Shown in pieces: positions 27,748-36,516 of a stretch of DNA of 64,000 bases. The DNA is taken from the sequence record NZ_CP017043.1, one strand, 5' to 3'. The notes under the pieces are model-generated. The model searched no databases. It saw nothing but the letters and a program-made list of their open reading frames with translations, and was not told the origin of the DNA. The DNA comes from a plasmid. The number at the start of each line of letters is the position of its first letter. The stretch's first letter is position 1. The translations under genes were made by a program, and so were the position numbers.

Positions 27748-28308
27748 TTATTCGAGCTCTATTTCTCTTGACTTCGCAATGGACTTCATTTCCTTAAAGT
27801 AATCTATAAGAGCAAAATATTTCCTTCGCATCAGTCGTTTGTCTACCGAATCTGCTGGGTAACGCTCATCAATATGCGACATGAAATCTTCCAGAGATCT
27901 TTCAACACCGTCTCCACATTGAACAATATTGCGATCTACAAAATAGCGTATGTCTGACGGAAGGCCTGCATATCCAAGAGATATAATTTGTACGATGTTT
28001 TCGCTTGAATTTGTTAAATCATTTAAGTCAGCATGATGTAATATTGCTCCATCGAGCTTTGCATTTGATATATCCGCACCTCGAAGATCTGCATAGGATA
28101 AATCTGCATCACGTAAGTCGGCAAATTGTAATTGAGCACCATATAAATCTGCTCCGCCGAGATCCGCGCGCCGCAAATCTATGCCGCGAAGTTTAGCATG
28201 ACGTAAGCAAGCTCCACCAAGAAATGCGTTCTGCAGGTTACAGTGCGATAAATTCACCCTTTCCAAATCTGCACGTTGCCCCCTTCTTCCGAGAAAGCCC
28301 ATTTCCAA
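27748..28308 (-). CDS. Pentapeptide-repeat protein (186 aa)
   Basis: Tandem A(D/N)LxxA(D/N)Lxx repeats (ADLGGADLYGAQLQFADLRDADLSYADLRGADISNAKL). Confidence 0.8.
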   Translation of the reverse strand: MEMGFLGRRGQRADLERVNLSHCNLQNAFLGGACLRHAKLRGIDLRRADLGGADLYGAQLQFADLRDADLSYADLRGADISNAKLDGAILHHADLNDLTNSSENIVQIISLGYAGLPSDIRYFVDRNIVQCGDGVERSLEDFMSHIDERYPADSVDKRLMRRKYFALIDYFKEMKSIAKSREIELE

Positions 28309-28566
28309 TGCAAGTCAAGAATATTTTTCAGTTGATCTTGTGTCAGCTTTCTTCCTTTTCTAAAAGATGGCTTTTTATTTCTCATCACAATGCTCCTCCT
28401 AAACGAGAGAGAAAACGGTCATCCTTCTGATATTTAACGCCGGATATATAAACAGACGTATCATCTTTACTGCCTCGACTTTAGAAGAAACATCATTCCC
28501 CAGCCCATGATGCCAAGCAAAGCAACAACGACACGAGGGGCGGTGGACTCCACCCAAGCATTCAGA

Positions 28567-28773
28567 TCAACAACAATCATCACAGGATTCTCCTAAGTCC
28601 TCGACCACCTGAATTTCCATAAAATCAGATTCAAAACAGGAACAGGATTGTTCCACAAGTTCATGGAGATTATCAAGATTCTCCACCTTCTCACGCGCCT
28701 CATCTTCATCCTCCGCCTCGATCACGATCTCACCGGACAGATCATAAGAAAACGCAACCATGAATTTTCTCAT
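28567..28773 (-). CDS. Small acidic protein (68 aa, MRKFMVAFSYDL...)
   Basis: The ATGA start overlaps the stop of the DUF4406 gene remnant, mirroring the gene coupling seen at 32832. Acidic helical protein with a Cys-rich C-terminus. Confidence 0.45.
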   Translation of the reverse strand: MRKFMVAFSYDLSGEIVIEAEDEDEAREKVENLDNLHELVEQSCSCFESDFMEIQVVEDLGESCDDCC

Positions 28774-28852
28774 ACGATGACCTCCTCTCGTGGTTCGTAT
28801 ATGATTTCCTTGCCAAGTTGTGCTCCCAGTTTTGGAGTACATAGATGGCATC
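28771..28852 (-). pseudogene. 3' remnant of a second DUF4406 (nucleoside 2-deoxyribosyltransferase-like) gene
   Basis: Its nucleotide sequence matches the 3' end of the DUF4406 gene at 32832-32980 (gatgccatctatgt...ggaaatcatatacgaaccacgagagg) with an internal deletion. It ends where direct repeat DR1 begins. Confidence 0.55.
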
Positions 28853-28924
28853 CGCTTCGCGTCATCGCCGTTGTGATGCGAAGATACGCATCCCATTCCA
28901 GACCGCTCTACAAGAAACTCTATA
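28849..28924. repeat. 76-bp direct repeat, copy 1
   Basis: catccgcttcgcgtcatcgccgttgtgatgcgaagatacgcatcccattccagaccgctctacaagaaactctat is identical at 30446-30521. Confidence 0.9.
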
Positions 28925-29077
28925 ATGCTTTGTGTGCGGGTGATTGGCGCGGTGCATTACAATCGCTGCGGGATCATGGTCTATGGCGACATCGACGCTC
29001 CGTCCGACGGCACACGCAATACCGCTTGAAGCACCGCCGCCACCCGCAAAAACATCAACGATGATCTCATTCAGCAT
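28862..29077 (-). pseudogene. Truncated DNA cytosine-5 methyltransferase (N-terminal ~50 aa with motif I, fused to repeat-encoded tail)
   Basis: IVDVFAGGGGASSGIACAVG...VAIDHDPAAIVMHRANHP is C5-MTase motif I and surroundings. The reading frame then runs into DR1 and stops, so the catalytic PC motif and the rest are missing. Confidence 0.6.
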
Positions 29078-29435
29078 TTTCTAATTCCTCGAAATAGAAC
29101 CTGATCGGCCGGTGCGCTTTATCGGTCTCTGTGATTACCCCATATTGCATGGCTATGTGAAAGATAAAAACCTTCTCCAGACGCTCCAATACGGTTCCGA
29201 CATATTCGCGAAACTGCTCAATATCAAGCGTGCTTTTATAGTAATTGCATTTCCTGCACGCAGGTTTGTAGTTGGAGAGAGCGTTCTCTCCCCCTTTACG
29301 CAAAGGATAGACATGATCTACCCGCATTTTTTGGATGTTATCAATCTTTCTCCCACAGTACGCGCAGCGTCCCCCATACATTTCATAAACTTGACAGCGT
29401 ACCTGCTGAGAAATGCGTTTTCTCTTCGTCTGCAT
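29067..29435 (-). CDS. HNH endonuclease (122 aa)
   Basis: CAYCGRKID...DHVYPLRKGGENALSNYKPACRKCN is a canonical HNH zinc-finger nuclease motif. Confidence 0.8.
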   Translation of the reverse strand: MQTKRKRISQQVRCQVYEMYGGRCAYCGRKIDNIQKMRVDHVYPLRKGGENALSNYKPACRKCNYYKSTLDIEQFREYVGTVLERLEKVFIFHIAMQYGVITETDKAHRPIRFYFEELENAE

Positions 29436-29486
29436 TTCAACGCCTCCAAATCGACAACAACAGCAGTCTCAATCGCCGCTGTGGCG

Positions 29487-30395
29487 CTACGCAATATAAT
29501 CCTCAAAGCGATCGCAGCTACGGAAGATGATTTTATTATTCACCCATCTCTGCAAACGTCGAGCGGTCACAGGAGCGTTGGGTTTATCGTAGACCATAAT
29601 ATATGGATCATACGCATGATCTTTGAGCCAGTAGACGCGCGCCAGGTCTTCCTCGTGCGTGCTCCAATAATTGACAAGCACATATACGCGCCTCTTCCGG
29701 AAATCTGTGACAGATGTGCGTTTTGCAAAGGCAGATAACGCTCTAGGAACGCTCCAATCCTTTGGATTATCCCATGCAAAATGCAGCATTTTCACTTTAC
29801 AGGCGCTGAGGAGATCCATATTTTCCGGTGTGAACAGTCGCGCGTCGAGACCTTGCGTAAAATCAATCCATGCGCCGCTATGAGCAAGCTGTTCTAAAAG
29901 TTCCATATGCTCTTTTGCCGCCAAAATATTGGGATCAAGCAGCTTGATTATGCGTTCCCCATGCCAAAATTCATTGAGATCCGCGACTTTGTGACTTTCA
30001 TAACCTTCTTTCCAGCCAACGATGCAAAAGGGACATGCACGCGGGCAACCTCTCGTCAGAAAGCCATAAGCAATTCCTTGAATGTTATAGAGCGAATAAT
30101 CCGGACGCATATGTTCAATATGCGCCGGAAGCTGTGCGGCGCTGGTAGTTCCCGTCCCTCCGATTTCTGCACCAATCTCCGCAAGGCGTATGGAAAGCCC
30201 TTGATTCTGCGTAAACACACAGGCTGCATAAAGTTTTTCATATGGCTGAAACAAATTATTCCCCAACAGGACATCTTCAGGATAAAGCAGATGAACCTGG
30301 TCGCCCTGTTTCTTATGCCACGCCGACAGCTTCATCAGGCACAAATTGGGGAATTTCCCACCATCTACGTCAATAAGGCCAATAGTCATCGCCAT
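29487..30395 (-). CDS. Radical SAM enzyme with Rossmann/B12-binding-like N-terminal domain (302 aa)
   Basis: The cluster CPRACPFC (CxxxCxxC) lies ~118 aa in. The N-terminal region IGLIDVDGGKFPNLCLMKLSAWHKKQGDQV resembles the cobalamin-binding domain of class B radical SAM enzymes. Confidence 0.7.
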   Translation of the reverse strand: MAMTIGLIDVDGGKFPNLCLMKLSAWHKKQGDQVHLLYPEDVLLGNNLFQPYEKLYAACVFTQNQGLSIRLAEIGAEIGGTGTTSAAQLPAHIEHMRPDYSLYNIQGIAYGFLTRGCPRACPFCIVGWKEGYESHKVADLNEFWHGERIIKLLDPNILAAKEHMELLEQLAHSGAWIDFTQGLDARLFTPENMDLLSACKVKMLHFAWDNPKDWSVPRALSAFAKRTSVTDFRKRRVYVLVNYWSTHEEDLARVYWLKDHAYDPYIMVYDKPNAPVTARRLQRWVNNKIIFRSCDRFEDYIA

Positions 30396-30445
30396 CTTTC
30401 ACTTCTTCCACACTCTGAACTTCTATGAACGATGAAGAAAAACAG

Positions 30446-30521
30446 ACATCCGCTTCGCGTCATCGCCGTTGTGATGCGAAGATACGCATCCCATTCCAGA
30501 CCGCTCTACAAGAAACTCTAT
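30446..30521. repeat. 76-bp direct repeat, copy 2
   Basis: Identical to 28849-28924. It overlaps the stop of the 117-aa ORF. Confidence 0.9.
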
Positions 30522-30871
30522 ACCTCAGAATTGATCTCGTAGATGTTTCGGTAAAAATTGTTATTCTCGTCCCGTGTTTGAATTCGGGTAATATATCCAC
30601 AATCCACCAGCTGCTTCATATACTTCGCATAGGTATTCTTGTTGATGTTAAGGTCATAGCAAATCTGATCTCTGGGGAGACAATCCGTATCGCCATATGC
30701 GCAGAGATAAGAGTAAATTGTCTTTGCAATCACATGTAAGTTTGGATCCTGCATGACAGATGTGCCGACTATGCCAGCACCGTGTTCAAGCACATTTCTG
30801 GGATGTTGTCTGATACGTTCTTCCGTCACCTGCATATTAGAGTCTTGTATGTTGCTCATGATGACCTCCAA
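30518..30871 (-). CDS. Hypothetical protein (117 aa)
   Basis: ORF with protein-like composition, in the operon downstream of the VirD4-like gene. Confidence 0.4.
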   Translation of the reverse strand: MEVIMSNIQDSNMQVTEERIRQHPRNVLEHGAGIVGTSVMQDPNLHVIAKTIYSYLCAYGDTDCLPRDQICYDLNINKNTYAKYMKQLVDCGYITRIQTRDENNNFYRNIYEINSEV

Positions 30872-30921
30872 AAACTAATAATCACGCACTTTCATGCTCT
30901 TCAACGTGCGCAAAATAACAG

Positions 30922-31176
30922 CTACTCGTTCATCGCATCTACAAGCCATTGAGGAGCAAGAACATTTTTTCCATCATGGTCAAATAAGACTTGATATGTT
31001 ACAAAGAATTCTTCTGCCGCCTCTTCAGTGTAATGTTCTTCTGCCAACTCTCCATCTTCAGGACAAAGCGTTTTCCAAAAAGAACTTTCGAGAAGTTGTT
31101 TTATGGCAGTGTCTCTTGCCCCAAAGCCAATACGATAATACGGATAAAGCACGCGAGCATTTCCCATAACGTTCAC
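30922..31176 (-). CDS. Hypothetical protein (84 aa)
   Basis: ORF in the operon. Confidence 0.35.
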   Translation of the reverse strand: MNVMGNARVLYPYYRIGFGARDTAIKQLLESSFWKTLCPEDGELAEEHYTEEAAEEFFVTYQVLFDHDGKNVLAPQWLVDAMNE

Positions 31177-31224
31177 CGCTTTCTCGATTTATCAATCATC
31201 TGCCGTAAAAACATTTTTACCTTT

Positions 31225-32835
31225 TTAGATACTATGACCATGAATGATCTCACTTCGCTCAGGAGCTTCATACATGCGCGAGAGAAAATAATCGTTCTCC
31301 TGATATTGAACACCAGCCACATCAACACTTCGGGTATCCATAATAATCGAGTATTTGTTCTTTTTACCGAGGATAGAAATCACCTGCATATCTGTCTTGC
31401 ATCCATAAAATTTACAAGTCTGTAACAGCTCATCAAACAAAACAGCCTTCATCCCGCATAAAGAAATATAATTCAGCCCAGGGTATTCAAATATATTTAG
31501 GCGACCTAAAGACGTACACTCATCCATTAGAATCAAGCATCTGTATCTCCCTTTCATTGGCTCTCCCTTATATCCAAATATCCAGAGCATTTCCAAGAAC
31601 ACACGAAAAATTTGGGATGGTTGGCAAGAATTACCCGGTGGAGTCACCAGATACAAAGATACGGGCTGCGTGTGATTCATAAGATCTTTTATACAGAAAT
31701 CACTTCTTTCCGTATGGTGTCTAAGCACTGGATCAAGATAATCTTTGAGTGCTGCATTTATGATGGACAGAATATAACACGCCTGATTATTCGGTATTGA
31801 CACGATTCCGTGAAGTTTATGGTCAATAATTTTTTGTACCTTTTCCGGTTCCTCTAAAGATATATATGGATACTCCAAGGGTGTATCATATATTTTCCAA
31901 TCCAAAGGCATCCAGGCATAAACAGGAGCTCCGTCTTTATCGACCATTCCAACCGTATGATCCTGTATATATTGAGCAACATCATAAAGAGATAGAGACT
32001 TTGGATGCCGATCTTGATCAGCGTGATATGTATTTTTGAGATGCAGGATGATTTTCGTAAGAACATCGGCAACTTCTTCTACAACGTCATCACATACCAT
32101 CATTTTCCCCATCCGGATCAAGGCCGACGAAAGCGTCTTTGCTACAAATAGCTTGTCAGGGCTGTCCATCCGTATCTCGTCAAGAGGATTCCAGCACGCA
32201 GATGTATCATCTGTTGCTGTCGGCTCGAATTTGATTATCGTGTTCCCGAGCCGCTTTCGATAACCTGCGGTGACTTCCCAGTATTCGCCTTTAATATCAT
32301 GCACGACTACACTAGATTTCCAACCGTCAAGGAGCGTCGGGATGATAAATCGATCGCTTCGTCTGTGATTCGACTCACCCTCAATCAATATATGATTACT
32401 GGAATTATCTCGTAAATATAGGGGCATAGGGTTCATGTGGCGTTCGACAAACCAATTATATGCTGCTGTCCTTTTATCCGCAGGAAGTATCTTAGTTAAT
32501 GGGGGCACTACGCCACTAAGAATTGTGTCATACTGGCCAATTACAACACCTTCATCAGAGATCAGTCCCATCTTGGCATATTTTTTATAACTTCCCTGCT
32601 TATTCCCGTCCTCATATTTTTTACAGAAATGTATAAGTATCGCAGTCAATAAACTAAACGCAACAAATGGTGTAATTAGACCGATCAAGGCAACATCTTC
32701 TGATACTGTAAAATTAAGAATCAGCACTACAATGCTGCAAAACGTCAATCCCAAGACGCTGAGCTTAACGGTAAACACAGCCGTTATAAGCATGAGAAAA
32801 AAGCAGAAAACAGTCCATAAATCAATATGTATCAT
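31225..32835 (-). CDS. VirD4/TraG-like coupling-protein paralog with degenerate Walker A (536 aa)
   Basis: Three N-terminal TM helices. IIPTLLDGWKSSVVVHDIKGEYWEVTAGYRKRL...CWNPLDEI and LILMDECTSLG align with the 967-aa VirD4 (TIIPTGLIWKHSIFFFDPKGELWSLTSGYRKNV...RWNPLAEV, LLLMLDEFPQLG). The P-loop position reads EGESNHRRSDRF instead of APTRSGKG. The ATGA start overlaps the DUF4406 gene. Confidence 0.65.
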   Translation of the reverse strand: MIHIDLWTVFCFFLMLITAVFTVKLSVLGLTFCSIVVLILNFTVSEDVALIGLITPFVAFSLLTAILIHFCKKYEDGNKQGSYKKYAKMGLISDEGVVIGQYDTILSGVVPPLTKILPADKRTAAYNWFVERHMNPMPLYLRDNSSNHILIEGESNHRRSDRFIIPTLLDGWKSSVVVHDIKGEYWEVTAGYRKRLGNTIIKFEPTATDDTSACWNPLDEIRMDSPDKLFVAKTLSSALIRMGKMMVCDDVVEEVADVLTKIILHLKNTYHADQDRHPKSLSLYDVAQYIQDHTVGMVDKDGAPVYAWMPLDWKIYDTPLEYPYISLEEPEKVQKIIDHKLHGIVSIPNNQACYILSIINAALKDYLDPVLRHHTERSDFCIKDLMNHTQPVSLYLVTPPGNSCQPSQIFRVFLEMLWIFGYKGEPMKGRYRCLILMDECTSLGRLNIFEYPGLNYISLCGMKAVLFDELLQTCKFYGCKTDMQVISILGKKNKYSIIMDTRSVDVAGVQYQENDYFLSRMYEAPERSEIIHGHSI

Positions 32836-33188
32836 ACGATCACTACCTCTCTCGGCTCATATATAATCTCCTTTCCAAGCTGCTCTGCAAGAGCAAGTTC
32901 CTCCCGAACGCCTCTGCTGTTCTCCCAGTTCTGCAGCACATAGATGGCATCGGCGCAGCGCACCATCTCCTTGGTGATCTGCAAATAGGCCTCCCATTCC
33001 ATTCCCCACGGCAATACCGCAGGGTTCAGAACGATACTGTCTTGCTCTTGCAGCCGCTGTTCTGCCACGGCAAATATCTGCTTATAGTCAGCAATACCAG
33101 TGATTGCCCCAGCAATGAAAACAATTTTTCCCTCAAGATTCATTTTTACTGTCCTCCATGTCGAAATGGTCTCCAAATCTACAATCAC
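32832..33188 (-). CDS. DUF4406 / nucleoside 2-deoxyribosyltransferase-like protein (118 aa)
   Basis: KIVFIAGAITGIADYKQIFAVAEQRLQEQDSIVLNPAVL...CADAIYVLQNWENSRGVREELALAEQLGKEI matches the DUF4406 pattern (YisGPmtG...vvNP...cDaiymLpgWexSxGA.xE). Confidence 0.6.
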   Translation of the reverse strand: MIVDLETISTWRTVKMNLEGKIVFIAGAITGIADYKQIFAVAEQRLQEQDSIVLNPAVLPWGMEWEAYLQITKEMVRCADAIYVLQNWENSRGVREELALAEQLGKEIIYEPREVVIV

Positions 33189-33691
33189 TGCAAATAATAG
33201 GCGCCTGATTCTATATCGCCGTATTGAAATTCATCATGATCTGTAATCTCAACAAGATCTGCTCCAAAAAAATGAGAGCCGTCTATATAAAATTTCCCAG
33301 CACGATATATTCCTGTCTCTATCATTTCCTCTCTCACTCGATATACGGGCTTTCCGTTTTCCAGGAGCACGACAACTTGACTTCCCTTCTCCCAATTTGC
33401 CATAGATGCTAGGGCATCCTTTTTATGCAGGTAGAGCACCCCTTCACGAACGAGTTTTGCTTTATCGACGCCATCTGAGATCGTGCAGCCTGTTGTTAGT
33501 ACAGATTCACTGTCTGTTGATCGGATTTCACGTTCGTAAATTACCGCTCGATAAGCGACGAAAGTCTCTCCGGGATCTACTGGAGATGTAAAAATATTTA
33601 TGGCCGTAATGATGCCTCCAAACACAACCATTAGTACCATACTGGCGATTATTATGAACAAGAATTCGTCATCGTCTCTCATATCCAACAC
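33185..33691 (-). CDS. Membrane-anchored protein (168 aa), first gene of the operon
   Basis: N-terminal TM (FLFIIIASMVLMVVFGGIITAI). The ATGA stop/start overlaps the DUF4406 gene. It is divergent from the Xre gene at 33831. Confidence 0.45.
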   Translation of the reverse strand: MLDMRDDDEFLFIIIASMVLMVVFGGIITAINIFTSPVDPGETFVAYRAVIYEREIRSTDSESVLTTGCTISDGVDKAKLVREGVLYLHKKDALASMANWEKGSQVVVLLENGKPVYRVREEMIETGIYRAGKFYIDGSHFFGADLVEITDHDEFQYGDIESGAYYLQ

Positions 33692-33830
33692 CTTTCTAAA
33701 CGCTCGTTAAATTCTCTTGCCTCGGATATAATCAGGTAGGTGACTGTAAATCACGATAAAAGACTTTTCTCAGCAACAAAAAATTGGTACAATAAACGCA
33801 AAATTTTTCGTTCCACGAAGGGGACTGACA

Positions 33831-34142
33831 ATGACAATGAAAATATCAGACTGCCTACGGAAAACCAGAAAACAACAAGGGTTATCACAGGCAGAAATGG
33901 CTGAGAAGCTACGGATAAACATGCGTACTTACCAAAACTACGAACGCGGAATAACAAAGTTTCCGGCCGAGGAGCTATATAAGCTGGTGCTCATCTTTGG
34001 CATATCAGCAGATGATTTCTTCGAAATAGAGCGACATGATGCGCCTGTGCAGCAAGCACTCGATAATCTCAGAGCAGAGATGAAACGCCAGCATAAGGAA
34101 ATCCGGGAGCTCCTCGCTGCATGCCTTCCTGATAAAGGTTGA
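33831..34142 (+). CDS. Xre-family HTH transcriptional regulator (103 aa)
   Basis: LRKTRKQQGLSQAEMAEKLRINMRTYQNYERG is a classic Xre/Cro HTH. Confidence 0.7.
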   Translation: MTMKISDCLRKTRKQQGLSQAEMAEKLRINMRTYQNYERGITKFPAEELYKLVLIFGISADDFFEIERHDAPVQQALDNLRAEMKRQHKEIRELLAACLPDKG

Positions 34143-34148
34143 CGCAGC

Positions 34149-34343
34149 CTAATTCCACCAGTATGTGAGGTCAACCCCTAGTGCCTGACTCAAAACTTCA
34201 AGTGTAGCAATGTTTTTGGGGCGCATCCGATCACGTTCCCAGTTATAAATAGAACGGCGTGTGAAGCCGGTAATCCCTGCAAGATCCGTCTGTGAAAAGC
34301 CTCGTTCCTCTCGTAAGTTCCGAAGCCTTTCCCCGAACGTCAT
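34149..34343 (-). CDS. Xre-family HTH transcriptional regulator (64 aa)
   Basis: LRNLREERGFSQTDLAGITGFTRRSIYNWER. Confidence 0.7.
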   Translation of the reverse strand: MTFGERLRNLREERGFSQTDLAGITGFTRRSIYNWERDRMRPKNIATLEVLSQALGVDLTYWWN

Positions 34344-34912
34344 GGCTCTCCATTGACAGTTTCAAAATACCTGCCAATGACCTCGATTACCTGGAGCAGC
34401 GTCTGATGAAGCTCTTCCAGGCGCAATTCCTCGATTTTGTAAAAATTCGTTTTACAAGACAGCATTTTGTTGATTCGACAGATGTCTGACTCGAGTTTAC
34501 GATAGATGGGATGTACTACCCATTTTCCCTCTGTGTGCATGGAGATGAATGAATCAAACTCCTGCTGAACGCCAGTGATATAATCTGTAAGATGAATGAT
34601 CTGCTGGATGTGGATCTTATCAAAATTGGAGATGTGGATCTCAGCCGAAATTTTTTTCAGCTGCTTTTTGCTCATGTCGATGTACTGATCTATCAGTAGT
34701 GATAGCTCTGATACACCGCCCACAGCTAATATCTGCCGATATTTCCGTATCTGTTGCTCCAACTTGCGATTCTCACGCTTCAAGCTCTCGTAGTCTGCCG
34801 GAGTAATCTTAACAATACGTTCAATCTTGGGCTCACGGGATTCCAGCGCTTGAATTTTCTCCTCGAGTTCACGGATATATTCCGCTCTATTTTTCTCGAT
34901 CTCGACTGACAT
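34340..34912 (-). CDS. Hypothetical coiled-coil protein (190 aa)
   Basis: Overlaps the start of the Xre gene (ATGA). The N-terminal part is a heptad-rich helix. Confidence 0.4.
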   Translation of the reverse strand: MSVEIEKNRAEYIRELEEKIQALESREPKIERIVKITPADYESLKRENRKLEQQIRKYRQILAVGGVSELSLLIDQYIDMSKKQLKKISAEIHISNFDKIHIQQIIHLTDYITGVQQEFDSFISMHTEGKWVVHPIYRKLESDICRINKMLSCKTNFYKIEELRLEELHQTLLQVIEVIGRYFETVNGEP

Positions 34913-34946
34913 AGTATGCCTCCCTCTAAGCCCTTGTATAATGCCT

Positions 34947-34975
34947 CTTGTGCCTCCTTTTGATATTTGCTATAA
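34947..34975 (+). promoter_or_regulatory. Sigma-70-like promoter (TTGTGC-17 nt-TATAAT) driving a short plus-strand transcript
   Basis: TTGTGCctccttttgatatttgcTATAAT has an exact 17-nt spacer. Confidence 0.45.
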
Positions 34976-34981
34976 TCAAAA

Positions 34982-35085
34982 TGGAGTTTGCACGATGAAG
35001 ATTGACTGTGGATAGTCTTGTATCAGCATGGCGCAGATTCTGTTTCACATATCCGTACCGTCCCATCGGTACGGATATTTTTTTG
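34982..35085 (+). ncRNA. Candidate small RNA (~105 nt) ending in intrinsic terminator
   Basis: Runs from the promoter above to the hairpin ATATCCGTACCG-tccca-TCGGTACGGATAT plus TTTTTTT at 35049-35085. Only 5-6-codon ORFs lie inside. Confidence 0.3.
35049..35085 (+). terminator. Rho-independent terminator (12-bp perfect stem plus T7)
   Basis: atatccgtaccgtcccatcggtacggatattttttt. Confidence 0.7.
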
Positions 35086-35147
35086 AACGGCATGATAATC
35101 CACCATCTTTCTGAAACTCGCCAAAGGTATGGGGTCTACGAATATTC

Positions 35148-35444
35148 CTAGATGACGTAATATCTCATCATGCGCGAAAAATCATATCCATTCGTCCCAC
35201 GGTATTCAGAGAGGCGGATCAGGTTCTCGTTTTGCTCAGCCTGTTCGGCCTCGTCATACATATATTTGACTTCGATCAGCTGCGCATCAATGCGCTGCGC
35301 AAATCTACGCACAAGGTCACGGAAAGTACGCGTTGACATATTTACATCACTGACCAGCCACTTCTGTCCACTATCAAGCCTTGCAAGACATTTTCGATAG
35401 TTTCCGCAAGCAAACTTGACATCATGGATCTTCCATTCGATCAT
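35148..35444 (-). CDS. Hypothetical protein (98 aa)
   Basis: ORF downstream of the Xis-like gene. Confidence 0.4.
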   Translation of the reverse strand: MIEWKIHDVKFACGNYRKCLARLDSGQKWLVSDVNMSTRTFRDLVRRFAQRIDAQLIEVKYMYDEAEQAEQNENLIRLSEYRGTNGYDFSRMMRYYVI

Positions 35445-35464
35445 GATCTCTTGCCCCCTGCGGC

Positions 35465-35662
35465 TTAAACTTCAAGATATTGCTCTTCAAAAAAACGACG
35501 GTTTGTCTTGCCGCGAATCGTAAATTTACCGCGTTTCCGCAGCTCTTCATTGAGTTCAGCAATGATCTTATACGCCTTGGACATAGAGATTGCACAAATC
35601 TCCGAAACCTCTGCGGGTGTAATGAAGTTGCTCGTGGATTTTTTATATTGCATACTCTTCAC
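35465..35662 (-). CDS. Excisionase/AlpA-like small HTH DNA-binding protein (65 aa)
   Basis: ITPAEVSEICAISMSKAYKIIAELN resembles a MerR-like Xis HTH. Lies next to the integrase module. Confidence 0.5.
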   Translation of the reverse strand: MKSMQYKKSTSNFITPAEVSEICAISMSKAYKIIAELNEELRKRGKFTIRGKTNRRFFEEQYLEV

Positions 35663-35668
35663 ATCCTC

Positions 35669-35899
35669 TCAGCCCGCATTCGCGGGCTTTTTATTTCCCT
35701 GCTCCCCACCAACCTCAAGCAATCTATACCACTCGTTTGAAAACCCCAAAACAGCAGCAATGCGCTTTGCCACTTCTGGAGAAGGACGGCGGGTTCCTTT
35801 TTCGATAAAGTTATAATATTGCCGGCTGATGGCGCATTTCTTTGCGACATCCACCTGCGACAGATTCCCTTTGATGCGCATTTCTGTCAACCATTTCAT
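35669..35899 (-). CDS. Xre-family HTH regulator (76 aa)
   Basis: MRIKGNLSQVDVAKKCAISRQYYNFIEKG. Confidence 0.65.
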   Translation of the reverse strand: MKWLTEMRIKGNLSQVDVAKKCAISRQYYNFIEKGTRRPSPEVAKRIAAVLGFSNEWYRLLEVGGEQGNKKPANAG

Positions 35900-36053
35900 T
35901 TTTTCACCACCTAATTGCTACATTCTGTTGACAAGAAGATAATACGTCATATTTTCCTTCCTGTCAACATAGTGTAGCTAATTATTTCGAATAGCTATAT
36001 TCTGTTGCATCCATTGATGTTGCTACAAATAGTTGACATAATGTAACAGGGGG

Positions 36054-36413
36054 TTGCAGATGAACAGAATGAAATTATTGCGTGAGCAACACAACCTGAG
36101 TCAAACAGATCTAGCTAAAAAGTTAAATATAAGCCGACAGTCATATAATTTCTACGAAAATGAAAAGCGGGATCCAGATACCGCAATGCTAGTTCGAATA
36201 GCCGATTTCTTTAATGTCAGCCTGGATTATCTGCTTGGTCGAACAAACGACCCTTCACCGATCGTAAAAGAAATGACTCCCTCCTATCAGGAGGAAGTCA
36301 TACAGGATCTTGAGGATATTACACCAGATATGGCCAGCGAAATACGTCAGTATATCAGCTATCTAAAACACAAAAAAGGAGCTGCTGAAATGGGTATTAC
36401 GAAAAAAAAGTAG
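36054..36413 (+). CDS. Xre-family HTH regulator (119 aa)
   Basis: LREQHNLSQTDLAKKLNISRQSYNFYENEKR. Confidence 0.7.
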   Translation: MQMNRMKLLREQHNLSQTDLAKKLNISRQSYNFYENEKRDPDTAMLVRIADFFNVSLDYLLGRTNDPSPIVKEMTPSYQEEVIQDLEDITPDMASEIRQYISYLKHKKGAAEMGITKKK

Positions 36414-36516
36414 TACCTTTTTATCCCGTGATCTCAGGATTTACATAAAGCTTTTCAAAAAATGAAGTCTTTGTGCTTCTATTACAGAAACAGCACTTGA
36501 GAAAGGCGATGATCTC

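Noticed and set aside
28567-28896. 109-aa track ORF as a single gene
   Set aside because: The N-terminal 41 codons read through the DUF4406 gene remnant and the direct repeat. The real product starts at MRKFMV (28773).
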